Shown here: positions 20,101-28,916 of the stretch, piece after piece
How positions within the stretch are numbered: the stretch's first letter is position 1
Layout of the letters: each line of letters begins with the position of its first letter
Origin: Beijerinckiaceae bacterium
Lineage (GTDB): Bacteria; Pseudomonadota; Alphaproteobacteria; Rhizobiales; Beijerinckiaceae
Assembly: GCA_947498445.1 (NCBI GenBank)
Contig: CANMLK010000001.1
Coordinates: 1-60,111 of the forward strand
Length of the DNA: 60,111 nt
Direction of reading: 5' to 3'
Program-made: the position numbers and the translations under genes
The notes under the pieces: model-generated
Told to the model about the DNA's origin: nothing
Database searches by the model: none
What the model saw: the letters and a program-made list of their open reading frames with translations, nothing else

Positions 20101-22350
20101 GATGAGGCCCGCCTTGGGCCGGATCGGCAGCGTGACGACGCGCTCCACCGCGCGCCCGCCCGGCTCGCCCGCGCGCACGATGATCTTTGCTTCCAGCGGA
20201 CGCGGCGCCTCCACTTCCGGGATGCTCACATTCAGCGTTGCGCGTCCCTGCGCGTCAGCGATAATTGTGTCTTCAATCTCGTTGCGCACGGTGTCGAATT
20301 GTTCGTCATCAAGGCCTGCGACATAGCCGGCCAATCCGGGCGCGTTGAGGGATTGCGCAGCCTGCACAATGACCTCGCCGCTCACTTCAAGGCCCGCGCC
20401 AGGCGCGCCATAAAGGTAGCGTGTTTGCGTTGCGATGCGCGTTTCCTGGCCCTGCATCAGCATGCTGTCGGCAGGCGTCAGCGTGAGATCGAGACGCTCG
20501 GGCGTATAATCTTCGACGAGGAAGGTCGCTTCCCCGATCATCGGACTCTTTGGATCAACGAACGCCTGCACGCGATACGTTCCCGTGCGCGCATCGGACA
20601 GGATGGGAACCGACAGCGAGCGCCCGCCAAGGCCCTGATCGTCAACATTGGCGCGGCGATATTCGACGCCGTCAGGCCGCTTGATGATGAGCGTCAACGG
20701 CAGGCCAATTGACGCGACGCCGCGTCCATCGCGTAAAAGCGCGCTGATGTGAACGGTTTCTCCGGGGCGATAGACGCCGCGTTCGGGATAGACGTATGCG
20801 TCAAGCGCGCGCGCAGCGACGCGGCCCTTCACGCCACGGTCTGTAAGGTCGAACGGCGCCTGCGCAAGATCGAGAAACACGTAATCGTCAGCTTTCGCGG
20901 CCACAAGCGCAGACGGCGCAAGACCGGCGGCCCCGCGCGCCAGGCCCGGCTCGAAACGCGCGTGGCCGGTTGCATCGGTGGTGCGTGTCGCAAGCACTTC
21001 GTTGTTGCGCGCAATCAGGCGCAATTCTACTCCGCTCACAGGCTCGGCGCTGGCGAGCGAACGCGCGAATGCGTGGATGCCATCATCGCCGGTGAAGGAT
21101 GTGAGACCAATATCGGATACGACAAACCATTGCGTCGCCTGCGTATCGTATGATCCTTCATCATTGTCGGCGGTGAGTGTTGAGAGCGGACGCTCGCCCG
21201 CCCGCGCCACCATGACGTACACGCCCGGCTCAATCTTGCCGAGCGCTTCGAGCACCGGGAAAGACGTCACGACATCGCGGTTGAGATCCGGCTGCACGTC
21301 CAGCACGCCCGACCAAAGTTTCACGCCGGTCTCGTCGATGATCTTGCGCGCGCGATAGCCGCCGATCTGCGCAAGAAATTCTTCGGAGCGGATTGTCGGC
21401 AGCAGGCTGCGGTCGCCCACGCGCATGACGTCGAGGGCGACCTTGTTCGTATTAACGGCGATGATCGGCACGCCTTCCTGACCCACGCGCGGCAACACGT
21501 AGTTGCGCCCGGTGAACCGCACCTGCGGCGAGCGATCCTTCACGTAGATTTCGTAGTCAGCCGAGCGCAGAAGGTCTTCGCCAACGGAAGACGGCAAGCC
21601 CTGACGCACCACGATGGCGTAACGCTCGCCGTGCCGCAGGCCTTCGACGCAGATCTGCTGATCTTCGCTTGTGATGGCTGCGTTCGCCGCGCCTGAAACG
21701 GCGACGAACGGCGCGAAATCGACACGTCCGCGCGCCAGCGGTTCTGAAAATTCAAAGCACGCGCGCGGCGAAGCGGCGTCGCTGTCCACCTTGTAGTCAA
21801 GAATGCGGAAGCCCTGCTGCTCCCGCAATTGCGCGTAGTTTGTGCGCAGCGCCTTGTCGTCGACGAGGTCGAGGCTGGCGCGCCATGCGTTGAGCGCAAG
21901 CCGATGCGAGCCCATGCTCGTATAAATAGACCCAAGCAGCGAAAGAGCGCTTGCTTCCTCGTTACGCACATTGGTGCGCTGATAGGCGGCGAAAGAGGCG
22001 GCGGTCGCAGCCTGGTTGAGACGCCAGCTGTCTGGAACATTCGGTCCCGCGGCGGCGCGCGCTGCGCGGGCGTAGTCAAGCCAGCTCTGTGCGTCGCGCG
22101 GCGCCGCGACAACTGCAGAAGCCAGAAGCGCCATCGCGCCGCGCGGGTTGCGGGGCAGCAATGCGGCGGCGTCGCGCCGCAAGTCGGCTGGCGTGCGTGC
22201 GCCCGCAGGTTGCGATTCCTTTCGCAAGCGCTCCTCCAGCCGCACGATGTCGCTGGCGAGATCGTCTCGCACGAACGCCTTTTGCGCCGCCGCCGGGTTG
22301 GCGGTGAAAAGAAATGCGACAAGGGCAAGGAGGTGAAGGAAGGCGCGCAT
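17119..22350 (-). CDS. Bacterial alpha-2-macroglobulin (YfhM-like)
   Basis: ERGVYRPGE, AAVDVGIL and intact thioester YPYGCTEQ. Start moved to ATG 22350 (MRAFLHLL..AAAQ signal) after AGGAG. Confidence 0.95.
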   Translation of the reverse strand: MRAFLHLLALVAFLFTANPAAAQKAFVRDDLASDIVRLEERLRKESQPAGARTPADLRRDAAALLPRNPRGAMALLASAVVAAPRDAQSWLDYARAARAAAGPNVPDSWRLNQAATAASFAAYQRTNVRNEEASALSLLGSIYTSMGSHRLALNAWRASLDLVDDKALRTNYAQLREQQGFRILDYKVDSDAASPRACFEFSEPLARGRVDFAPFVAVSGAANAAITSEDQQICVEGLRHGERYAIVVRQGLPSSVGEDLLRSADYEIYVKDRSPQVRFTGRNYVLPRVGQEGVPIIAVNTNKVALDVMRVGDRSLLPTIRSEEFLAQIGGYRARKIIDETGVKLWSGVLDVQPDLNRDVVTSFPVLEALGKIEPGVYVMVARAGERPLSTLTADNDEGSYDTQATQWFVVSDIGLTSFTGDDGIHAFARSLASAEPVSGVELRLIARNNEVLATRTTDATGHARFEPGLARGAAGLAPSALVAAKADDYVFLDLAQAPFDLTDRGVKGRVAARALDAYVYPERGVYRPGETVHISALLRDGRGVASIGLPLTLIIKRPDGVEYRRANVDDQGLGGRSLSVPILSDARTGTYRVQAFVDPKSPMIGEATFLVEDYTPERLDLTLTPADSMLMQGQETRIATQTRYLYGAPGAGLEVSGEVIVQAAQSLNAPGLAGYVAGLDDEQFDTVRNEIEDTIIADAQGRATLNVSIPEVEAPRPLEAKIIVRAGEPGGRAVERVVTLPIRPKAGLIAIRKNFENLSEGSTAVFEVVAVSPDGARIAARNLRWSLYRVRNDYQWFNSDGRWGFERVKSSRRIADGSVAVNATDGGRFSAPVGWGAHRLEIASDDGSLGASSVRFNVGWSGDATADTPDLLEMTLDRPEYASGATMKARISSRFAGKVNLAIVSDKLHETRIADLKVGDNEIELPVNAEWGAGAYAVAFAHRPLDREARRMPGRAMGVAWFGVDRAGRKLDVSIGGPEKMEPRQALSIPVRVAGLAAGEEAYVTLAAVDVGILSLTRYESPNATSYFFGQRQLSAEIRDLYGLLIDGMQGARGAIRSGGDGGGPNLQGERPTQEPLARYSGIVRVGADGVANITFDIPAFNGAARLMAVAWARGKVGEAARDLIIRDPVVAQATLPRFLALGDRSRFHVQVDNIEGPAGDYIMDLDVRGPVSISADALRRTIKLAAKGRESISIPVVAGGIGRAVIDMRLRGPGLDATQSFAIDVKPGSGEIHRRIVRNLAPGESLRISSEIMADFLPGVGAVSLAASPWAGLDAPALLQSLDRYPYGCTEQTVSRAMPLLYVNKIASQQMLALDDGVEQRIRDSIDRVMTRQDSSGAFGLWSAEEAGNDLWLDAFTTDFLTRAREAGHTVPQRAFDQALDRLRNQVANSGDVDKAKAPEIAYAMYVLARNGRPVMGDLRYLVDAKLSVFETGLARAQLAAALAMLGDKARAQTVFNNAGAQLRAQQRDRFSRGDYGSRLRDGAGLLALAAEAGADASLIQLAGGIVQTERNATTMLSTQEMNWMVLAAAALSRDGQNMSLSLNGQAHAGPLYRTWKAADLDVGATSIVNTSSSPASIVLTTAGHPAQIEPPLAQGYQVERSYFTLDGKPKDPATLRQNDRFVVVLKVTESEAAFARLLLVDRLPAGLEIDNPRLFDGGKTEALAFAKANVEPQHTEYRDDRFVAAFSRSGSERATFNVSYVVRAVTPGRYVHPAAIIEDMYRPQRFGRTGTGEIEVGERR

Positions 22351-22567
22351 TATACTTCTCCTGAAGGGCAACCACCCTGCAATGGCGCAGCGTGCCACCT
22401 TTTTGCCGGTGCGGGGAGAACCGGTGTAACCTCGTTGGTGCGTCGCGTGCGTTGGCGCACATGGTGTGTTGCAAAAATCTTGGCGCGCGCCGCTGAACCT
22501 TGGCGCGCGTCGCAAAATCCTGGATGATGGGCGCAGAGTACAGGCAGAGTACTGGAAGGATTGTGGC

Positions 22568-23977
22568 ATGAATTCGATTGCGTTCACGCGGCGCCTTGCG
22601 AGCGCGCTTTTCGCCGGCTGCTCGATCCTTCTTGCGGGAGCCTGCGTTACGCCCCTCCACGCACAGGCGCCAACAGCGGCGCCTGCGCCAGACCCACTGC
22701 GGGAGGCGTTTGACGCGCTGCCGGATGCGGAGCGCCGAGCGATCCAGGACGCGCTTGTGTGGACTGGCGACTACAAGGGATCGATCGACGGGGTGCTCGG
22801 CAGAGGCGGGGTCGCCGCGCTTTCGGCCTTCGCCAAACGGGCGAAGACGACGCCCGAAGGCCTTCTTGCGGATGCGAGGCGCAAGCAACTGGTGTCCGAA
22901 GCGCAAAAGTTGAAGGCGGCGACGCGCTTCGTCCCGCTTCAGGACGCGCGCAGCGGCGCCACCATCGCGTTGCCAGTCGCGGTCTTTACACGCAAAACTG
23001 ACACACCAAATGGCGCGCGATGGACCAATGCGGCAGGCTCCGCCAGCGTCGAGACGTTTCGTGACGCCGAGCTTGAACTGCCCGCCCTTTACGAGCGCTT
23101 GCGCGCGCCGGCGCCCGGTCGAAAAGTGACCTATTCCATCCTGCGTCCCGAGTTTCTGGTTGTCACGGGCGAGGATCAGCGCGGTCCGTTCTATATTCGT
23201 GCTGCGCGCGGCGAGGTGAGCGGCAAACCGCTCATAAGAGGGTACTCGCTCCTCTACGCCCGCACGCTTCAAGCGTCGTTCGACGTGTTCTCCATTGCAA
23301 TCTCCAATGGCTTCCAGCCCTTCGCCATCGCTGCGGCGCCGGGGCAAGCCAGCGCGCCTGCCGGGGCGGGCGCTGCTGCGCCCGGCCCGCGCCGCGTGAT
23401 CGAAGCCACCGCGCTCGCGTTGACGCCCACTCGCGCGCTCACGGCGCTGTCGCGCGACTGTCCCGACATGCGCGTGGCGGACATGCCGGGCAAGATCGTC
23501 CGTCGCGATGAAGCGACCGGCCTTGCGCTCATCGAGACGCAAGGATTGCGCGCCGTTTTTGCGCGACCCTCCGCGCGCCCGCCCGGTGAGGGCGATGTCT
23601 TCGTGCTGTTTTCTGCGCAAGCGGGCCCGCGCGCCAGCGTTTCTCTGGCGCCGGGGCGCACGATGGCGCCTGTCGCCGCCAATGGCCCGTGGCGCGTATC
23701 GGCCGCCGTGCAGGATGGCGTCGGCGGGGCGGTCGTGTTTGACCGCAGCGGTTCATGGATGGGCCTGCTCGCGCAGCCGACGCAGGAGCCGCGCCGTATT
23801 GCTGGCGTCATTCCGCAGGCCGCATGGCGCATGACGTCTGCTGAGGCCGCCGTCGCGTTTCTCGCCGCGTCCGGCGTCAAGCTCGAGGCGGGCATGATCA
23901 CGACGGTTGAAAAAAGCGCGGGTGAAGTCGCCGCCGCCAACGCAGGCGCGCTCGTCGCGGTGTCCTGTCAGCGCTGA
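22568..23977 (+). CDS. Secreted peptidoglycan-binding protein with degenerate trypsin-like C-terminal domain
   Basis: Signal peptide; PG_binding-like IQDALVWTGDYKGSIDGVLG; trypsin-like DEATGLALI and GGAVVFDRSG..MGL, but no catalytic His or Ser. Confidence 0.7.
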   Translation: MNSIAFTRRLASALFAGCSILLAGACVTPLHAQAPTAAPAPDPLREAFDALPDAERRAIQDALVWTGDYKGSIDGVLGRGGVAALSAFAKRAKTTPEGLLADARRKQLVSEAQKLKAATRFVPLQDARSGATIALPVAVFTRKTDTPNGARWTNAAGSASVETFRDAELELPALYERLRAPAPGRKVTYSILRPEFLVVTGEDQRGPFYIRAARGEVSGKPLIRGYSLLYARTLQASFDVFSIAISNGFQPFAIAAAPGQASAPAGAGAAAPGPRRVIEATALALTPTRALTALSRDCPDMRVADMPGKIVRRDEATGLALIETQGLRAVFARPSARPPGEGDVFVLFSAQAGPRASVSLAPGRTMAPVAANGPWRVSAAVQDGVGGAVVFDRSGSWMGLLAQPTQEPRRIAGVIPQAAWRMTSAEAAVAFLAASGVKLEAGMITTVEKSAGEVAAANAGALVAVSCQR

Positions 23978-24012
23978 GTGATTTGCCGGCGCCACGCGCA
24001 CTGCGCCATCGA

Positions 24013-26346
24013 TCAGGTCTTGGGGCCGCGCCCCAGCATCTGTTCCGCCAATCCTTCGAACGGCTGGAAATGGAACCGCACCCTGTGGTCGCCGGGCGCC
24101 ACTTCCACAGCCCGGAAGATGGCGTTGGCGCGCAGCAATGGCGCGGGTTGCCCGTCAATCTCCACACGCCACCACGGATGCCAGACATCGTTGAGCACGA
24201 CCCAGCCGCCGTCAGGTGATGCAACGTCGACGATCACTTCCGTGTTCTTGTAGGACGAGACCCGCGTGCGACCGGACGCGCGGGGCTTCTCATCGGCTGC
24301 TGCGCCTTCAAGCAGGACAACATTGCGGAAGTCCGTCGTCGGCCAGACGCCCATCTCGATCATGGATGCAAAGTCGGCGTTCTGCGCGCGCGTGGCGAAG
24401 AGAACGCGCGGCAAGGCGCGCGGGTTCTCATAAAGATAAGCGGACTTTGTGCGGCCGATTTCGATGAGGTCGCCGGGCTTGAATGATTTGTCCAGGTCCC
24501 CGGCAGGCACGCCCGTTGCGATCCACCGCACGCCAAGAAGATCGGCCAGCGGCGAATTATGGCGCGCAAACAGCGGCGCCCAACGGCGCTGATCGGGAAG
24601 GGCCACGTGGTCGATGGTCCCGGTGGCCTGCGCGAACCAGCGCAACCGAAGCGGGTTGTAACCAAGCGAATGATCGAGGCCGTGCGACAGCGAAACATTC
24701 GGCCAGTGAAAATCGATAGCCGCCATTTCCACGCGGTCGCGACGGTCGGGCGCCACGTTATCGCGCAGGCGGTCTTTGAGCGCTGCGAGCGTCGGGTCAC
24801 GCGAATCTGGCCGCAGGGCGTCGTAGACCGACGGCGGCAAGGCTGTCGATTCATTCGGCCCATTGTTGATGCGCAGATCGAGAAACAGAACCACGCCAAG
24901 CGCTGTGATGGCCAGCGTATGCGCCAGAACGCGCTCGCGCAGCCGGGGAATGAGCCAGAGCAGGACAAGCGCGGCATAGAGCCAGAAGAATGTCCCTGCG
25001 AGCACGGGCGCCACGTCCGCCAGTTTGCCCTTCAGCGCCGCCACGAGGACGCAAAGCAGGAACATCGCAAGCACGGCGCCCGCTTCCAGAAACCGGCGCA
25101 GCGTCGTGCCGCGCCAATCGCCGTCCGCCAGGCGATGCACGAGATAGCCAGCGATGATGGCGAGCAGCGCGCCGAGCGGAAAGGTGGCGTCTGCCGGGCG
25201 CCGAAACAGGTCAGCGCCCGGCAGATGAAAGGCCAGCGCGAAAAACGGCGTGTATTTGCCCAGCGCAAAAAGTAGCAGGACCGCCGCCGCGATGACGTAA
25301 ACGCGGATTTCCTTGCCCAGCAATCCGCCGCGCAAGACGCCCAGGATGAGGATGGCGACGATGGGCAGCGCACCCATGTAGACGTTCGCCATGTTTCGGG
25401 CGAGCGCCAGATTGGTCTGGCCCCATAAATCGGGATTGGGCGGACCCCAGTAATCCCTCAACGGGCCGTCCGTGCCAAACAGGTTCGCCGAGATCAAAGT
25501 GTAAAGCGCGGCGGGGTGCAGCGAGCCGCCAGCCGCGCCTTCAAAATCGATGGCGGCGCGATTGGAATCACCGGCCAGCGCCAGCGTCAACGCGATGGGC
25601 AGGGCGATGGTGGCGACGCCCGCAACTGCGCCGGCGCCCAGCGCGGGAATGTAAAGCCGCAAGTTCTCCCAACGCCAGCCGCCGTCCAGAACGCGCGCGG
25701 CGGCGACGAACACGAGAATCCACGTGCAAAACCACGCCACCTGATCGCGCCCGACAATCATCAGCCCCGCCGTCAGCCCTGCCAGCGCGCCCCAAAGGAT
25801 AGAGCGTCGGTCGATGGCGCGCAGGAGCAAAAACAGCGCGATGGCGAACCACGCAAGCGAAAGGATCTGGCCGATATGTTGAACACGCCAGGCCGCCGAG
25901 CCGCCAAAGGCGAAGGCCAGCGCGGCGATGACAGCCCCTTCCGCGCGCCAGCCCTGATCGCGGAACAGGCCCATCAGCGCCAGCCCCCCAGCGACCAGCA
26001 TGCCAAACGCGACAGCGTCGAACGCCGCGAACGATGGCGCGGGCCCAAAGAGCGCCAGCAGAAAATAGGGCGAAAAAATCAGCGATTGCGGGTCGGCGAT
26101 CTGCGGATGCCCGCCAAATACATAGGGCGTCCAGAACGGCGACTGGCCCTCGTGAAGCGAGTTCGCAAGGAACACGAGCTGCGGATAAAAATGCGCCTTC
26201 GCGTCCCACGGGATTGTCACTGACCCCGATAGCCAGGGCCATGCGAGGAGAAATGACGCGGCGATGAAAACGAAAACGGCCGGGGCATAGCCCGGCCGTT
26301 GTCCGTGCGGAACGTGAAACGTGTGCTTATTCCTTGACGGCGCCAT
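24013..26346 (-). CDS. YfhO-like multi-TM membrane protein (probable GT-C glycosyltransferase)
   Basis: IPWD, PFWTPYVFGGHPQIADPQ, many TM helices, ENPRALPR and VWHPWW..DG C-terminal motifs. Start uncertain. Confidence 0.75.
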   Translation of the reverse strand: MAPSRNKHTFHVPHGQRPGYAPAVFVFIAASFLLAWPWLSGSVTIPWDAKAHFYPQLVFLANSLHEGQSPFWTPYVFGGHPQIADPQSLIFSPYFLLALFGPAPSFAAFDAVAFGMLVAGGLALMGLFRDQGWRAEGAVIAALAFAFGGSAAWRVQHIGQILSLAWFAIALFLLLRAIDRRSILWGALAGLTAGLMIVGRDQVAWFCTWILVFVAAARVLDGGWRWENLRLYIPALGAGAVAGVATIALPIALTLALAGDSNRAAIDFEGAAGGSLHPAALYTLISANLFGTDGPLRDYWGPPNPDLWGQTNLALARNMANVYMGALPIVAILILGVLRGGLLGKEIRVYVIAAAVLLLFALGKYTPFFALAFHLPGADLFRRPADATFPLGALLAIIAGYLVHRLADGDWRGTTLRRFLEAGAVLAMFLLCVLVAALKGKLADVAPVLAGTFFWLYAALVLLWLIPRLRERVLAHTLAITALGVVLFLDLRINNGPNESTALPPSVYDALRPDSRDPTLAALKDRLRDNVAPDRRDRVEMAAIDFHWPNVSLSHGLDHSLGYNPLRLRWFAQATGTIDHVALPDQRRWAPLFARHNSPLADLLGVRWIATGVPAGDLDKSFKPGDLIEIGRTKSAYLYENPRALPRVLFATRAQNADFASMIEMGVWPTTDFRNVVLLEGAAADEKPRASGRTRVSSYKNTEVIVDVASPDGGWVVLNDVWHPWWRVEIDGQPAPLLRANAIFRAVEVAPGDHRVRFHFQPFEGLAEQMLGRGPKT

Positions 26347-27451
26347 ATGCGGTGAGCTGGTCCACGTCGATGATATGGCCCGCTCGATCGCGCTTGGACG
26401 CAAGGTAGCGGACGTTGTGATCGTTCATGCGACCCAATACCCGCTGATCGGATACGATGTCGAGCCCCGCCGCGCGCAGCGCCGCAATCTTGACGGGGTT
26501 GTTCGTCATCACGCGCACAGCGTGCACGCCCAATTGCTTGAGCATCTCCGCCGCGAAGTCGAACCCGCGCTGGTCATGCTCGAACCCGAGCACTTCGTCC
26601 GCGTCGTAAGTGTCAAAGCCCTGCGCCTGCAACTTATAGGCGCGCATCTTGTTGGAAAGCCCGTTTCCGCGCCCTTCCTGATCCAGATATAGCAGCACGC
26701 CGCCGCCGTTCTGCGCCATGAATTTCGCGGTGTCGCGCAATTGGTCGCCGCAATCACACTTCAGGCTGCCAAAGAGATCGCCCGTCAGGCACGCCGAGTG
26801 CAGGCGCACATTGATTGGCTTGGTCAGATCCGGCTTGCTGATGAGGATTGCCACCTGATCGCGCAGGCCCTCGCCGCCGCGGAACACGACGAATTCCGTG
26901 TCTGGCGCGCCTTCCAGCGGCACGGGAGCCCGGCCCACGATCTTGAGTTCGACAACCTTGCGGCCGCGATACTCGAAGACCGAGCTGGTTTCGGCGACGA
27001 TCAACCCACTCTCGGCCGCCGCGCGCGCCGTCACCGGGACAATGATGGCCGCTGGCAGGACGAGAGAGAGGCGGAGCAGTTCCAGCGCCGCCTTGTCTAT
27101 GGACGACAGCGCGGCGACAGGGGCGTCAAAACGCGCGCCGACTTCCAGCGCGAGCGTGGCGATGCGGTCCAGATTGATTTTGGGGAGCGCGAAATGCCCC
27201 GGCTCTGTCCGCTCAAGACCAAGCCGACGCAGTCGGGGAGCGGGCAGGATGAGACGGGCACGACCGCGCGCCAGGGCCTCAAGCTTCGTCGCCATGCGCG
27301 GCTCAAGCGTCTCGACGCACGTCACGATGATGTGATTGCGGCCAGATCTGATAATTGCAGGGCGGCCGGAGCGCAATTCCGAGATCGCGCGATCAACGGC
27401 GATCTGGTTGGCGCCACCCTCCGCCGCTAGAATGCTTTTGTATTCCGACAC
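26327..27451 (-). CDS. ribA: GTP cyclohydrolase II with degenerate RibB-like N-terminal domain
   Basis: RLHSACLTGDLFGSLKCDC zinc motif, YLDQEGRG, DQR and MTNNPVK. Confidence 0.93.
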   Translation of the reverse strand: MSEYKSILAAEGGANQIAVDRAISELRSGRPAIIRSGRNHIIVTCVETLEPRMATKLEALARGRARLILPAPRLRRLGLERTEPGHFALPKINLDRIATLALEVGARFDAPVAALSSIDKAALELLRLSLVLPAAIIVPVTARAAAESGLIVAETSSVFEYRGRKVVELKIVGRAPVPLEGAPDTEFVVFRGGEGLRDQVAILISKPDLTKPINVRLHSACLTGDLFGSLKCDCGDQLRDTAKFMAQNGGGVLLYLDQEGRGNGLSNKMRAYKLQAQGFDTYDADEVLGFEHDQRGFDFAAEMLKQLGVHAVRVMTNNPVKIAALRAAGLDIVSDQRVLGRMNDHNVRYLASKRDRAGHIIDVDQLTAYGAVKE

Positions 27452-27581
27452 GCGACCCTCGAACTGACTGATGCGTTAGGATCCGGCACAGTTTGCAGCT
27501 CGTAAGTACCCGGGCCACGTGACGTTTCCATATCGCAAATTGGGAATTTTATCCAGGAAACTGGTTTTATAAGGAGACTAC

Positions 27582-28316
27582 ATGGGCGCCGCTGATGGCA
27601 ACCTTCAAGCTAAACGTGCAAACCGCACAACTGATCCGCTTACGTATGACGAAATCTTCGGATCACTGCGCGAAGCGCCGATGAGCCGACCTTATGTGAT
27701 CGGACAATTGGGGCAATCGTTGGACGGCCGGATCGCGACGGTGACGGGGCAGTCGCGTGACATCAACAATTCTTGCGCGCTCGACCACTTGCACAGGCTG
27801 CGCTCTCACGTGGACGCCGTCCTCGTTGGAGCGGGAACCATCCTGGCCGACGACCCGCAGTTGAATGTGCGTCGCACAAGCGGACCAAGCCCCGCGCGCG
27901 TGGTGCTCGATCCAAGTGGGCGGACGCAGGGCCAGCAACGCTGGCTCGCCGACGATGGCGCGCGGCGCATCGTCATTTCCGGCGTCGAGCGGCCCAGACC
28001 CGCGGGCTGCGACGAACTGATAGTATTAGGCGGACCCGATGGCCGCATCGCCCCCGCCGACATCTGCGCGGCGCTTTTTGAGCGCGGGTTGCGCCGGGTG
28101 CTCGTGGAAGGCGGCGCGAAGACCATTGCGCATTTTCTGGAGGCCAAAGCGCTCGACCGTTTGCATGTGCTCGTCGCTCCGGTCATCATCGGGTCGGGCA
28201 AGCAGGGGATCGATCTTTCGCCGATCAGCGACCTGAAAGATGCGCTGCGCCCGTCCGTCCGCGTCTGGCCGTTTCCCGATGGCGACGTCCTGTTCGATTG
28301 TAATTTGCGCGGTTAA
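27582..28316 (+). CDS. Stand-alone RibD C-terminal (pyrimidine reductase-like) protein
   Basis: QSLDGRIA, HRLR..DAVLVGAGT..DDPQL and VLVEGG motifs; no deaminase domain. Confidence 0.88.
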   Translation: MGAADGNLQAKRANRTTDPLTYDEIFGSLREAPMSRPYVIGQLGQSLDGRIATVTGQSRDINNSCALDHLHRLRSHVDAVLVGAGTILADDPQLNVRRTSGPSPARVVLDPSGRTQGQQRWLADDGARRIVISGVERPRPAGCDELIVLGGPDGRIAPADICAALFERGLRRVLVEGGAKTIAHFLEAKALDRLHVLVAPVIIGSGKQGIDLSPISDLKDALRPSVRVWPFPDGDVLFDCNLRG

Positions 28317-28349
28317 CCCTAACGCTAGGTTCACAAAATAGGCGACGAC

Positions 28350-28913
28350 ATGAGCATCAACGATAGCGCGCTTGCGACGACCGATTATTCTGTGTGGAGC
28401 AAGACGCTGCACTGGATCACGGCGCTGATAATCCTGTTCATCATTCCGGCAGGGATTGTGATGACGAACATCGGCGAGGGCGCCCTGCAGAACAATCTCT
28501 ACAATTTGCATCGCTCCTTCGGCGTTCTTGTCTTCGCCATTGCGCTGGCGCGCGTGCTTATCCGCATTGCGCACGGCGCGCCGGGCCCGGCTGCTGGTCT
28601 TACCGCCTTCGAGCGCTTCGCATCGGCGTTCGTGCACTACGCCATGTATGTTCTGCTTCTGGGCATGCCGATTGGCGGTTGGCTGATGACGTCAGCCTAT
28701 CGCGTCGATGTGTCAGTGTTTGGCCTGTTCACGCTGCCGCATTTGATCGCGCAGAATGAAGAGACGTTCAAATTCTTCCAGCGCATGCATTTCATCGGGG
28801 CCATTTCATTGACGCTTCTCGTGCTGATGCACATCGGGGCGACGATCAAGCACACGTTCATCAACAAGGACACGGTGCTTTGGCGGATGCTGCCGAAAAG
28901 CTGGGGCGGCTGA
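28350..28913 (+). CDS. Cytochrome b561 (CybB/YceJ family)
   Basis: Four TM helices with LHW, LHRSFG, MH and HIGA heme ligands; C-terminal RML. Confidence 0.9.
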   Translation: MSINDSALATTDYSVWSKTLHWITALIILFIIPAGIVMTNIGEGALQNNLYNLHRSFGVLVFAIALARVLIRIAHGAPGPAAGLTAFERFASAFVHYAMYVLLLGMPIGGWLMTSAYRVDVSVFGLFTLPHLIAQNEETFKFFQRMHFIGAISLTLLVLMHIGATIKHTFINKDTVLWRMLPKSWGG

Positions 28914-28916
28914 GGC

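Noticed and set aside
22351-22587. Extended N-termini in the ORF track (A2M, gyaR, CoxL-like, MDR dehydrogenase, KGG protein, ylxR)
   Set aside because: Downstream starts generally have better RBS and family-typical N-termini; several extensions overlap neighbouring genes.
22076-23620. Long antisense and alternate-frame ORFs (e.g. 514 aa here, 17032-18342, 54787-56082, 2531-3826)
   Set aside because: They overlap well-supported genes, have no motifs, and are expected shadows in high-GC DNA.
26327-28316. Canonical riboflavin operon
   Set aside because: No deaminase domain, riboflavin synthase or lumazine synthase; the two genes are divergent.
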